Origin: Cyanophora paradoxa CCMP329
Taxonomy: Eukaryota > Plantae > Glaucophyta
NCBI GenBank assembly: GCA_004431415.1
Contig: QPMI01000436.1
Span: 310,001 to 374,000, forward strand
Direction: 5' to 3'
DNA length: 64,000 bases
Each line of letters begins with the position of its first letter. The first letter of the stretch is position 1. A program made the translations under genes and the position numbers. The notes beneath the pieces were generated by a model. The model was not told where the DNA came from and made no database searches. It was given only the letters and a program-made list of their open reading frames with translations. This document shows, one piece after another, positions 22,557-33,321 of the stretch.

Positions 22557-25154
22557 ATGGAGGAGGAGGAGGAGGACCTCGCGTACATCCTGGGGCTTTC
22601 GGGTGCGCTCCGGCGGCCGCGGCCGCGTCACCTCATCCCGTCAAGCTGACAGCCCGCGCCAGATGACCTGCTTCGGCCCCTGATCCAGGGTGAGGCCCAG
22701 GCGAGCGGCACTCTTCACGTCCTGCTCAAGCTGGCCGCCACATGCTCTCGCTTTCGGAAGCTCGTGTGCGGCGAGTCGTCGAAGCTCTTCGACGAGCCCG
22801 TGTTCGTCCCGCGCGGCGGAGAATGCACGATCCTGCAGGTCGCAGCGTTCGCCGCGAAGTACGGCAGCCGCTTCCGCCGCCTTCACCTCGGCAGCGTTGC
22901 GTTCGACCCGAAGCGAGCGCTCCCAGCTGCAGCCGCAGACACAAGCGAAAGCGTCAGCGTCAGTTCTGCAGCTCAGCTAGATGCGGCTGCAGCTTCTAGC
23001 TCTTCGAACACGTCAGCGCCGGCATGCGCAGCGGCAGCAGCTGCTGCAGGGCCCGCGGCCGCGGCCGACGCCGCCGCTCGCGGGACTTTGAATTCGGAGC
23101 CGACGTGGCGCTACCTCTCCCTCGCGCCGCCCGAGATCCAGGATCTCGTCGCGCGGGCCGACGGCGCCCTCTGCGCCGTCCTCCGCAGCTGCCCGAACCT
23201 GACGCACCTCTCCCTCGTCTGCGCCCACGACTCCCTCTGGTGCCTGGACGCCCTCGCGGACCTCCCCGACGACTTCTCCCTCCCCCACCTCCGCCACCTC
23301 GACCTCTCCGGCCTCCTCGTACCCCTCCCCGCCCTCCGCCGCCTCCTCGCCGCCTGCTGCGGCACCCTCGAGCGCCTCTACCTCCGGTGCGAGCCCCGCG
23401 CCGCCGCCGCCGCGCCCATGCGCCCGGTGACATGTCGCCGGAAGCGGCACTTTCGTCGTCGTCCAGCGCCTGAAAGGACTGAGGGACGACCTGCGCCTTC
23501 GCAAGACCTTCCGCGGAGTCCGGGCCATGTTCTCGATGCCGCGCGGGGCTTATCTTCGGGACCCCCTCCTGCGGGCCCTCGAAGGCTTGACGTACGCCTC
23601 CGCGCCTCCGAAGCCCCTGGAAGCCTCTTAGCTTGGGCCCCAGGCCTCCGTCCGCCCCTCACTCTCCCCGCAGGTTCCCCCGACTCGTCAGCCTGGACCT
23701 TGCGGGGTCGCTGGCCGGCATGGATGGCCTGTGCGACCTCGTACCCCGCTGCCCGGCCCTGCGCGACCTGTACCTGGTCCGCCCCGCCCCGCCCCGCCCC
23801 GCCCCGCGTTTCACATCGTCCTGGGCTAATTAGAAGCGATCGCGGGGCCCCATGGCCAGAACGTTAACTGGGTGGACTCGAGTCTGTGGGGTCCCCACGG
23901 CAAGGTCCGCGAGGAGTACTAAGAGTACGCGGCGTTCGCCCCCCACTTCCGCCGCCCCGGCCATCTCGTCATCACCAAGAGCCTGGTGTGCCACAAAGCC
24001 TTTCGCTCCTTACTGCATCAAGATGCTTCTTGGTGCTTCTTGGTGCTGACTTCCGCTGTCGCGCAGGACTCCGCGGAGGCCGAGTGGCTGCGCGACCTCC
24101 GCAAGCACTTCGACGCCTCGGTGTACCCCCGCTCCGAGGAGAACCGCGTCGACGTACCCCGCCTCGCGCTGGCCGCAGTCTTTGAAGGTCCGCTGCACCC
24201 CCCCTCCCTTCTCGCGTAAATGCACGCCGTTGACGTGGACTCTCGCGCGCGGCAGAGGTGTCGGGCGGAAAGCTGGACGCCGCTCGGCGCCTTGTGAACA
24301 ACTTGGGGGTACCCCCGCTGTCCCGCCTCCGCAGGATCGACTCCTCCCTCGCTCTCTGGGCTCGCCCCTCCTCCTCCCCCTTGTGTTTGTTCTCCGAAGC
24401 TTCGCTCACCGAACTGCAGGCACCTCCGTTCTTCAGCTCATCAGTGGAAGGGCCAGAGGGGGCGACGGTCCTCCACGCCCTCGCCGAAACCAGTCTCACC
24501 CAACCCCAAGTGCTGCAGGCAAACGCTCCTATCTTCCCCATGCCAGCATTCGCTGACCGCGCGCGCCGCTTGCAGCTCGTTGAGGAATGGGGGCTGGAGA
24601 CTCTCAAGAACTCTCGCCTCGAGGACGGCAGCGGCTGCACCCCCCTCCACCTCTCCGCCATGCGCAAGCGCTGTCTCCCGGCGATGCGGGCTCTACTGCA
24701 GCTCGGGGCCGACCCGCTGCTCAAGGTCAGTGCCGTTCCGCCCGTGCGTCGCGCCGCAGCCCTCCGTCTCAGCGTCGCAGGACGAGGACGGGGAGACGCC
24801 CCTTCACTTGGTGCGCCCCTCGCCCCTCCAGCACACAAAACGCGCCGCCAGAGTTCCGAGAATTGCGCGCGCGCCGCAGGCGTGCACGCTGGCCCACGTG
24901 GAACAGGCGAGCGCGCTGATGGCCCGCGGCGGGCACCAGCTCCTCCTCGCCAAGGACAGCGTGGGGCAGAACGCGCTTCAGCTGCTCGCCCAGCGCGGGA
25001 GCGAGGCGGGCGAGAGCGAGGTCGGGCGGAGGGTCCGCCTCCACAGGCGATCGCTGATCGCCGTCCGCGCCGTCGGTTCGTTTGTTCGCGCCGTACCCCT
25101 GAACCGCCCCCGCCCCGCGCCCTCTTGACATCGGCCTCCCCGCTGCAGAGGTAA
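22557..25154 (+). CDS. F-box / leucine-rich repeat / ankyrin-repeat protein (multi-exon)
   Basis: F-box-like ILGLS|DDLLRPLIQ...LLKLAATCSRFRKLV. LRRs SCPNLTHLSL, LPHLRHLDLSG, FPRLVSLDLAG, CPALRDLYL. Ankyrins GATVLHALA, GCTPLHLSA...ALLQLGADP, DGETPLHL, GQNALQL. Confidence 0.72.
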
Positions 25155-26302
25155 TTAGCCAAAAAAAACTTTTTCGAGCTAGCGCTATTCCAGTCTTACG
25201 AATTTTAACTAGACTATATATATATTTTTTTTGAAAAAAGCTTGCATGCAATTGAAACTTGCAATTACCTTCTCCTGGCTCTGCTCCTGGGCCCTCAGCT
25301 CCGGGACCGGCTTCCCCGATCTCCTCCCGGACTCGTGGTCGTACCCGTCGCCGGCTTGCCGAGCCTGCGGCTCCTTCTACTTTCCCCCGGCGGTTTGCCG
25401 GGCCGGACCCTCCGGCCTTTGTTCTTGATACCGGACTGCCGCCTTTGCCTTCGTCTTCTGCTTCGCTGGTCGCGATCGTATCCCGCCGGCGCCGGCGTAC
25501 TTCTTCGTCTTCTAGTTTAGTTCGGTCTGGTTCGGATTCTGATCATGATCGTAGTGTTGATGCTAGAGTTAGTTTCAATACTAGCTATAGTCCTTGTGCT
25601 CGACCTGTTGTTCGCCGTCGTTTGCAGTTCGATTGCCCGCCTCGACCCCGGCCGGCTTTAGTGATTCCTTTGACTGTCCTTTTGCCTGCTCTTGATCCGC
25701 CTGCTCCGCCTCCTGTGTCCTCCTCGACCTCGTGCCGTAGCTCTGCCCTTTCGCATCGTCCTGCTTCGCCTCCGCCTCCATGTCGTCTTGTTGTTCCTCT
25801 TACTTGTCTTCTTCCTGTTATTTATCTTTCTCAATTTTGTCCCCCGCTTCTTAGTGATGTAATTCCTTCTGATATTGATGGTATCTCTAGCTCTGGCTCT
25901 TCTTCGTGTCAGTTATCCTCTGTCCCTAGATCTGCTCAATTTATCGTCTCTTCTCGCTATCGATCTGTCTCGAGCTCTGTGTCTTTCCTTTTTTATTGTC
26001 GATTTTGGCTCTTTGTCGACGTCTTATCTTTCTTCGTGCTCTTGTCTTAGTTATTTTGCTTTTTTGTCTTTATGCCCCCTGGGCAGCCCCCGCAGTGCTG
26101 GTGTCTAGAGACTGTGGCCGGTAATTCAATAAACTTGCAATTGAAACTTGGCGGTCCGGATCCGATGATCATGATCCTGGGAGGCTGGGACCGAAAGCCT
26201 GCGGCGAAAGCCTTAACTTGAAGCCGGTTGAAGCCTTGAAGGTGGTGAACTTCGAATTCGGAACTTGGCGCCGCAATTAAGTTGGCGGCGACTTGGCGCC
26301 GT

Positions 26303-26660
26303 TGTCGCGTGCGGGATTAGTGGGGAAGCACGCGGGGAGGTTCCCGGTCGAGCGTGGCTCGACGGGGCTCAGTGGATCACGAGAAACCACAGTGCAAGCC
26401 AGTAGTATTGGTAGAACTGTGTACCCGGACAGACCCGGTACACGTACCCCTAGCTTGGAGTACTTCGGTCACTGACTCAGGGGAATAGCTGTACCCTGGC
26501 AAATACACGTGTTCGGCCGTGGCGTACTAACGCCGACATCGGCCCTAGCGGCCCGTAGGCAGCTCTGCAACTAGCAGCACGAAGGCTGCACCTAGCTACT
26601 AGTAAGGTAGCTGTACAAGCTCACGTTAGCGCTAGGACAGCGCTAATCCTGAATGCGACA
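26303..26660 (-). repeat. 3' LTR (358 bp)
   Basis: Direct repeat of 43445-43802, no difference seen by eye. 6-bp terminal inverted repeat TGTCGC/GCGACA. Confidence 0.97.
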
Positions 26661-26661
26661 A

Positions 26662-26672
26662 CTCCCCCTCTT
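26662..26672 (-). other. Polypurine tract
   Basis: AAGAGGGGGAG on the minus strand, 1 nt before the 3' LTR. Confidence 0.9.
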
Positions 26673-27795
26673 AAGACTGCGTCCCCGCAGGCTACATTTC
26701 GGAAATGACCGGCAACTGCCGGGAATGAATAAGCGTTGTAGCCGGTACTCGCTCTACGGCAGCCGACTGCCGGGAATGAAAAGACTGCCAGCCGGATGCC
26801 GTTGAATTTCTTGAAAGGCCATTCCGGCCGCCATAGGCGGGTACGGGGATTTGATCTCCAGGGGAGGAGTGATCGGCGGCAAGGAAGCCGCGGGTCTTGC
26901 CCAATGGGCGACGGACTGAGGTCCAACTTCATGTTCTCATGTAGAGTTTCCGCGTGAAGGGAGGCTCGGGGCCCCCTTGGTGCCATGCATGCACAGCGAG
27001 AGCACGCCGCAGATGCGTACGCGAAAGAGCAGCGCGGGGCGACGCGGCGCGCTGGCAGCGCACGGCCCCCTCCGGTGTGCCCCCCAACCGCGACGCGGTC
27101 GAGTGACCCAAGTGCGAGCCGCTAGCTCCACCCAGGCGAGCACCCCTTAGGCTCTCGCAGTGGCGAAGTACAGGTAATCGGATCGGCGGGGATTCAACCG
27201 TGCCGACGAGGATAGAGCCGGCTCCAGGACCGGGTACCGCTCACAAGGATGCATTCCGGTTTTGCCGCACGCGGCGCCGGGCACCCCTGCCCGACCCCGT
27301 GACTTCGTTTGATGCCAAGGGAGAAGAGCCAGCGTCAGGCGTCCCCGACGTGGATTCTCATGCATGAGAGTCGTTAAGCTCTCGTCGTCGCGCACGGACC
27401 TTGAGCCGGCCGACCGCCCATTCACTGGGACTTCGATTCAGGATAGGGCCCAGGGGTCGTCTAGCCCCGTCGCGCCGTTCTCGTCAGGAACGCGCCGCCT
27501 GGTCGCTCAATAGCGCACTCAGGTCTTATCCAACGCTTCGATTGAGCGGGGCACGTAGGCCCGTCGCGCCGCTTGACATTTCACAGTCAAAGCGCGCCGC
27601 CCGGCCGCCTGAGGCGTTCTGCCAGGACTTTCTTGCATCAGGGACGGGGCCCTTTCTCAGAGCGTCCGTCGCGAGGGCATTGCCTCTCGCATCATATTCC
27701 GGTGGCGGGGGTACGGGGTCCCCGCGGCTAGGGTGGCTCGCCATGGCCAACCCCGCCGGGCCTCAGCGCACTGCGCCGGGCCCTCAAGCCTTTGT

Positions 27796-30700
27796 TTAGG
27801 CTGCTCCCGCCGGCGCGGGGCCAGCGGCCGCCGGTCCGGCGGCGCCCTGAGGCGGAGCTGCGGCACCTGCCGCTCGCGGCCTCCCGCGGGCCGGGCGTGC
27901 AGGGCGCTCAGTGTCGCGGACACGGAACGGGATCATGCAATCGATGTGCACGATCGTTTCACGCGTGTCCCGGCTCTTGTGCCGGTTCGGGGCGGCGGCG
28001 CCGTAGGGCCGTGCGAGGCCGCGAACGACGTACGTGTAACCGCCGGGGTGCACATCGAGCACCGTGAACGGGCCGACCCAGGAGTTGTACAACCCCTTAT
28101 CGCGGTCGCCCAGCCAGCACAGGACCTTGTCGCCGACTTCGAAGCGGCGCCGGTCGGGCAAGTCGCCGGTCCGGTAGATCAGGCGCTGCCGATACACGCG
28201 ACGGTGCTCGCGGAGAGCTGCCTCGCGGTGCTTGGCCGCGCGGACGACGGCAAGCAAGTACTCCGGGTAGCTCATTGTTTCCAAGAGCTCAACGCCGAAG
28301 CGCACGTCGGCGGGCAGCGTCAGCTCGTGCCCCAGGTGCAGCACCGCGGGCGAGAAGCCAGTGGCGGCGTGCACGGTCGTGCGGAGAGCCAGCTGCACCT
28401 CGTGCACATGCTGGTCCCACTCGTGCAGCGGCTCGCGGTTGGCGCGGCACGCAGCGTGCAGCAGCGTCTTGATGACACCGCCCAGCCGCTCGACCAGGCC
28501 GTTCGTGGCGTGGTGGTACGCAGCGGCGTAAATGAAGCGCGTCCCGAGCGAGCGGAAGAACTCATTGAAGAGCCCTCCCTTCAGGTTCGACCCGTTGTCG
28601 ACGAGCAGTCGCAGGGGCACGCCTTCATCCGAGACGAACTTGCGGGCGGTTCCCAGCAAGGTCAGTCCCTCAAGGTCCGCGATCGGGTACTCGTGGTGCC
28701 ATTTGCTCCAGGCATTCACGTACACGATCATGTAGCGCAGACCGCGCGGAGTCGGGTCCAGGTGGAAGATGTCCACCTGCCACAGGTCGTTTCGGCCCTC
28801 GGGCTCGATGACCGCGATCGCCGTTCGCCGCGGCTTCACCGCTTTCGCGAACTGGCAGCAAGCGCAGCTGCGCACGTAGCGCGTCACTGCAGCGAGCATT
28901 CCTGGCCACCAGAACCGGAACGCGATCCGGCGGGCGACGATCGAGGCACCTCGGTGGCCCCAACCGTCATGGTACGCGTACATGACGCGGTCCTGCCAAG
29001 TCTCGGGCAGTACAGGCACGTAACGCGCGCCCGGCAGGACCGGCCGGCGAACGAGTACGCCGTCCGTGTCGATGTCGAATTTCTCAGCAAATTCGGCAAA
29101 CGACGCCTGTGCCTTGAGGCAGGCATAGCAGTCGCCAGACAGGCAAGACGCGCGCGAGCACCGCGCGTAGTTCGTCTTGTTCTCCAAGTAGGCGAACAGC
29201 CGCTGCCCAAGCGGATCTTCCCGCTGCGCGGCGAGCAGCCGCACGCGTCGAGCGGGGAACATGTACTTGAGGGACTCCGGGACGGGCCCGTCAAGCTTCG
29301 GGGCGTAGGCGCAGTCCCACGCGTCCAGCACGCGCTCGAGAACGCGGGGCTTGCGCCGATCACTCACCTCGCCGAGCTCGGGCCCTGGCGCGATCGCGCT
29401 GGAGGAGAACATCTCCATTTCAGGCGCCGGCTCGGCGTCGGCAGCCGCGGGGCCGCCGCTCTGCTGATCGGAGGAGGGCGCCTCTGAGGCCGCCGCTCCG
29501 CTTGACCCGGCCGTAGCCGCAGTCGTGCTTGAGGAGCTGGCGCCGGAGGGCGCCCTGACAGCTCCCGCGCCGCCCTCGGGATCCTCGTCGGGATCATCCT
29601 GGTGGGGATAGATCGGCGGGCCGCAGCGCCAGTGGCGCGGATTTCCCGGCCGGCGCGGGGTCTTGCCCGGCCGCGGCTCAGGCTGGGGCTGCTGGTCGCG
29701 CGGCAGCGGGGGCGTCTCCCCTTCGTACCGGCGCGGGCCGCTCAGGTAACGCGCCCGGACCAGCGGGAGGAGGTCCAGCGGGAACCCATCCTCGTCGAGC
29801 GAGGCGCGCGTCGTCGGCTCGGAGGGCATGACGGGCGGCGCCAGCTCAGGCTCAGGCTCGGGATCGAGCTCCATCGGCTCGGGGGCCGGAGGCGGACTGG
29901 GCGACCGAGGCCGCGGGGGCAAGCCCTCGCCGACAGCCAATTGGTGCCACTCGTCCACCTGAGCGCGCAGCTGCGCCCAGGTGACGGCCTGCTTCTGGCC
30001 GCGCCGCTGGGGCGGGCCGGCGTTCGGCAACTGAGGCGCAGCCGGCAGGGCCGCGCCGTCAGCGTTGGCCGGAGCCTGCTGCGGATCTCCAGCGGGCCGG
30101 GAACGGGCGCGAGGCGGCGCCGACGCGGCGGCCTGCGCGGCACCGGGCGAGGCGGGCTCGCTCTCTTCGACGCGGATCGGCTCGTCGTCCGCGTCCTCAC
30201 GGAGGGCCTCAGGCGGCGCGCGCGCGATGCGGCGCCGGGGTCCCTCAGCGGGCTGCACGTCGGCGCGAGAGGCCGGGGCGCCCTCGAACGCAAGCTGCCG
30301 CGCGAGGCGGGCCATGCGTCGCGACACTACAGCCTCTACGGGGGCTGGCTCGGGCTCCGGGGCGGAGCTGCTTGAGCTCGCTTCGGCGGGAGGGGCTGGC
30401 GCCTCAGCGCTGGCCACCTCACCGCTTCCCTCGACGGCTACTGCGTACAGGGGCAGCGGCTCGTCGAGATCGCCGGGCTGGGGCACGCCAAACCCGCGAG
30501 CGCCGGGCAGCGCGTCGGGCGCGTCAGAGCTGCCGTCGGCACCGCCGGCCGCGAGGACAGGGTGCTCGCCGGGCAGGCGCGAGCAGGCGTCAGGGCCGCC
30601 ATTGTTGCGCCCAGCGCGGTATTCTACGACAAAGTCGTAGGACTGCAGGAGCAGGGCCCAGCGGCCTAGCCTTCCCGTAGTCTCGTCGCGCGTGCGCAGC

Positions 30701-33321
30701 CATTGGAGCGCGTGGTGGTCAGTGCGCACAGTGAACTGGGGCCCGCCTAGAAGGAAGTGCCGCCAGTATTTGATTGCCCAGACTACCGCCAAGCACTCGA
30801 GCTCAGTGGCGGAGTAGTTGCGCTCGGCGGGGGCCAGAGTGCGGCTGATGAAGCCGATCGGCCGCTCCACCGGCGGCGTCGATCCGTCGAGCTGCGACAG
30901 AATCGCGCCGATCGCATACGTCGACGCGTCAGTCGACAGGATGAAGGGGCGCTCGAAGTCCGGGTACTTCAACACCAGATTCAAGAGCAACGCAGCCTTC
31001 AGTTTCTCGAAAGAGGCCTGCTGGGCCTCACCCCAGTTCCACTCGGCGTCGCGTAGCAGCAAGCGCTGCATCGGCTGCACGATCCGTGCAAAGCCTTCCA
31101 CGAAGCGCCGGTAGTAGCCAGCCAAGCCCAAGAAAGACCGCAGCCGGTCTGCGTCCGTGGGCGCCGGGTAGTCGCGGATCACGGCGAGCTTTGCCGGATC
31201 CTGGCGGATCCCATCTGCAGAGACAAGGTGCCCTAGCAGATTGATCTCGGATACGCCGAAGCGACACTTCGACGGCTTCAGCCGCAGGTTGGCGGGCACA
31301 ATTGCCTTGAACAGCGCCTCGAGATCAAGCAGGTGCTGATCGATCGAGGGCGAGAACACCGTGATATCGTCGATATACGCGGTGACACAGGTGGTGAGGA
31401 GGGGCCCGAGGATCGCGGTGACAGCGCGGGAGAACGCCGCTGGCCCGTTGGTCACGCCGAACGGGGTCACGCGCCACTCGTACTGGCCCCAGGGCACGAC
31501 GAAGGCAGTGAAGCGCCGCGACGCGGGGTCGAGCGGCAGCTGCCAGAAGCCGCACACTGCGTCTCCTACCGAGAAGACGATGGCGCCACGCAGGCGGTCG
31601 AGCTGATCGTCGATCCGCGGCAGCGGGAAGACGTCACGCTCGGTAATGGCGTTCAGGCGTCGGTAATCGACACACATACGCCACGTCCCATCTTTCTTCG
31701 GGGCCAACACTAGCGGCGACCCGTACGCAGCCTCAGAGGGCTGGATCAGGCCCAGCTCTAGCAAGCGGGCAATCTCGGCTCGCGCGAACTGCTCAGCGTG
31801 CGGGCTCACGCGCCGCGGCGGCGTGTACACGGGCAGATGCGAGTTGAGCCGGATCACGTGCTGGTAGTGCATGAGGTCCTGTGTACCCCCTACAGCCGTG
31901 ACGCTTTCAGCGAAGGAGCCCTTGTAGCGCTTCAGCAGAGCCTCGAGGCGGGCCTTCTGCGGGCCGTCGAAGCCGGGATGCGAACCGACCTCAGGGATCT
32001 TTCCCCGGATCCGGTTCCACTCCTCCTCTTCAGAGCTCGACGACCCCGTCGGCTCAGGGCGAGACGGCCCGCTGGAGGGACCGGCCTCATTGGGATCGCG
32101 GGGCGGGGCGCGGACGGGCTCCTTGCCCTTGCGGCGATCGGGCGGAGCCTCGTCGTCAGACCGCTCCATCGGGGGCGTGTCGTCGGAGTCGTCAGGCTCG
32201 CGCTTCACCTCTGGAGGTGCGTGGCGCACCGAGCAGCTAGGGCCAGCGAGAGCGGCGCTCGAGCTGGAAGCCAGCGGCGCGGCTGCAGGCACCGGGGCGG
32301 CGGACGAAGTCGCGACCGCGTTCACAGCAGCTTCCGCAAGGCGGGCAGCGGCGAGGGCGCGGCGCGCGTTGCGCACGGAGCGCCGCTCGCGGCGTTCGGC
32401 GCGGCGCTGAGGCCGCTGCGCTGCGTGCTCCTCTGGATCGGTCCAGCCCGGATAGTCATCATCGAGCTCCGAATCCGAGGTATCTTCGACAGTAGAGTCG
32501 CTTTCCCGGTCGCTATCGGAATTGCGATCATTGTATTGACCAGGGAACTCGGGCGGCGCGAGATCGTCGTCATCGCTATCATCGCCCGGGGGCGGTGCGG
32601 GCGCTGGCTGTGGAACCAGGTCCGGCAAGTCGCCGTCGAACACGTTTCCTTGCGCATCGATCAGCGGCGGTGGCGCGTCGTCGGCTGCGCGGGGCAGCGG
32701 TTGCGGCGTCTGGCCGTAGTTCACACCAGGCCGATCGGGATCGGTGCTGATGACGCGCAAGATGCGAGGCAGGGCTGGAGGGCCGCCGCCAAGCGTGTTG
32801 GGGTGGGGAAGAGGGGTGCGCTCGCTAGCCGGCGCGGGCTTGAAGCCGGGCGGGGCATTATTCGCGAGGCGGCGCAGAGATCTGAATCCCTGCCCCCTAC
32901 GAGGGTCGTACGGCCGCAGCGTGCGCACGTAGGCGTCGGCCACGGCGGCGGCGGTAGCATTTATTGACGGCGGCTCGAATTCGAAGTCGCCGGGCGGGAG
33001 GTGGCGTGCCTCCGCCACTGCAACGATGGCGCCCGCCTCGAGGTGGACGTCGACATCGGCAGGATTTAAGAGGCGGACATAGATTGCACCGCGCTCGCCT
33101 AGCTCTGCACGGGAGTGCAGTTGGTTCGGGGCTAGTACTCCGAGCGCCGGCAGTGAATCCGGCGCCGGCCCGACGTCAAGGGTCGGGGCCGCGCTTTCAG
33201 GCGGCAGGCGCCCGTCTAGGACGCAGCGGACCCGGCATTCTCGCCAGTTCCGTTCGATTTTGACAGGGCGCTGGACCCGGACAAGCAGAGGCCCTTGTGC
33301 TTGCCCGGGAAGCGAAAAGGG
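27796..33321 (-). CDS. pol: Pol: dUTPase-like remnant, reverse transcriptase, RNase H, integrase (entered by -1 frameshift)
   Basis: RT PKKDGTWRMCVDYRRLN and YIDD. RNase H TDASTYAIGA and ERNYSATELECLAVVWA. Integrase HHCC (HDGWGH...CACC), WQVDI / VDNG / NGLVER, and GPF module WVGPFTV. Confidence 0.95.
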   Translation of the reverse strand, partial: PFSLPGQAQGPLLVRVQRPVKIERNWRECRVRCVLDGRLPPESAAPTLDVGPAPDSLPALGVLAPNQLHSRAELGERGAIYVRLLNPADVDVHLEAGAIVAVAEARHLPPGDFEFEPPSINATAAAVADAYVRTLRPYDPRRGQGFRSLRRLANNAPPGFKPAPASERTPLPHPNTLGGGPPALPRILRVISTDPDRPGVNYGQTPQPLPRAADDAPPPLIDAQGNVFDGDLPDLVPQPAPAPPPGDDSDDDDLAPPEFPGQYNDRNSDSDRESDSTVEDTSDSELDDDYPGWTDPEEHAAQRPQRRAERRERRSVRNARRALAAARLAEAAVNAVATSSAAPVPAAAPLASSSSAALAGPSCSVRHAPPEVKREPDDSDDTPPMERSDDEAPPDRRKGKEPVRAPPRDPNEAGPSSGPSRPEPTGSSSSEEEEWNRIRGKIPEVGSHPGFDGPQKARLEALLKRYKGSFAESVTAVGGTQDLMHYQHVIRLNSHLPVYTPPRRVSPHAEQFARAEIARLLELGLIQPSEAAYGSPLVLAPKKDGTWRMCVDYRRLNAITERDVFPLPRIDDQLDRLRGAIVFSVGDAVCGFWQLPLDPASRRFTAFVVPWGQYEWRVTPFGVTNGPAAFSRAVTAILGPLLTTCVTAYIDDITVFSPSIDQHLLDLEALFKAIVPANLRLKPSKCRFGVSEINLLGHLVSADGIRQDPAKLAVIRDYPAPTDADRLRSFLGLAGYYRRFVEGFARIVQPMQRLLLRDAEWNWGEAQQASFEKLKAALLLNLVLKYPDFERPFILSTDASTYAIGAILSQLDGSTPPVERPIGFISRTLAPAERNYSATELECLAVVWAIKYWRHFLLGGPQFTVRTDHHALQWLRTRDETTGRLGRWALLLQSYDFVVEYRAGRNNGGPDACSRLPGEHPVLAAGGADGSSDAPDALPGARGFGVPQPGDLDEPLPLYAVAVEGSGEVASAEAPAPPAEASSSSSAPEPEPAPVEAVVSRRMARLARQLAFEGAPASRADVQPAEGPRRRIARAPPEALREDADDEPIRVEESEPASPGAAQAAASAPPRARSRPAGDPQQAPANADGAALPAAPQLPNAGPPQRRGQKQAVTWAQLRAQVDEWHQLAVGEGLPPRPRSPSPPPAPEPMELDPEPEPELAPPVMPSEPTTRASLDEDGFPLDLLPLVRARYLSGPRRYEGETPPLPRDQQPQPEPRPGKTPRRPGNPRHWRCGPPIYPHQDDPDEDPEGGAGAVRAPSGASSSSTTAATAGSSGAAASEAPSSDQQSGGPAAADAEPAPEMEMFSSSAIAPGPELGEVSDRRKPRVLERVLDAWDCAYAPKLDGPVPESLKYMFPARRVRLLAAQREDPLGQRLFAYLENKTNYARCSRASCLSGDCYACLKAQASFAEFAEKFDIDTDGVLVRRPVLPGARYVPVLPETWQDRVMYAYHDGWGHRGASIVARRIAFRFWWPGMLAAVTRYVRSCACCQFAKAVKPRRTAIAVIEPEGRNDLWQVDIFHLDPTPRGLRYMIVYVNAWSKWHHEYPIADLEGLTLLGTARKFVSDEGVPLRLLVDNGSNLKGGLFNEFFRSLGTRFIYAAAYHHATNGLVERLGGVIKTLLHAACRANREPLHEWDQHVHEVQLALRTTVHAATGFSPAVLHLGHELTLPADVRFGVELLETMSYPEYLLAVVRAAKHREAALREHRRVYRQRLIYRTGDLPDRRRFEVGDKVLCWLGDRDKGLYNSWVGPFTVLDVHPGGYTYVVRGLARPYGAAAPNRHKSRDTRETIVHIDCMIPFRVRDTERPARPARGRPRAAGAAAPPQGAAGPAAAGPAPAGAA

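Noticed and set aside
600-25200. Dozens of Arg/Pro/Gly/Ala-rich ORFs of 100-550 aa in the ORF track
   Set aside because: Read-through of GC-rich exons and introns in the wrong frame or strand; the real genes are spliced.
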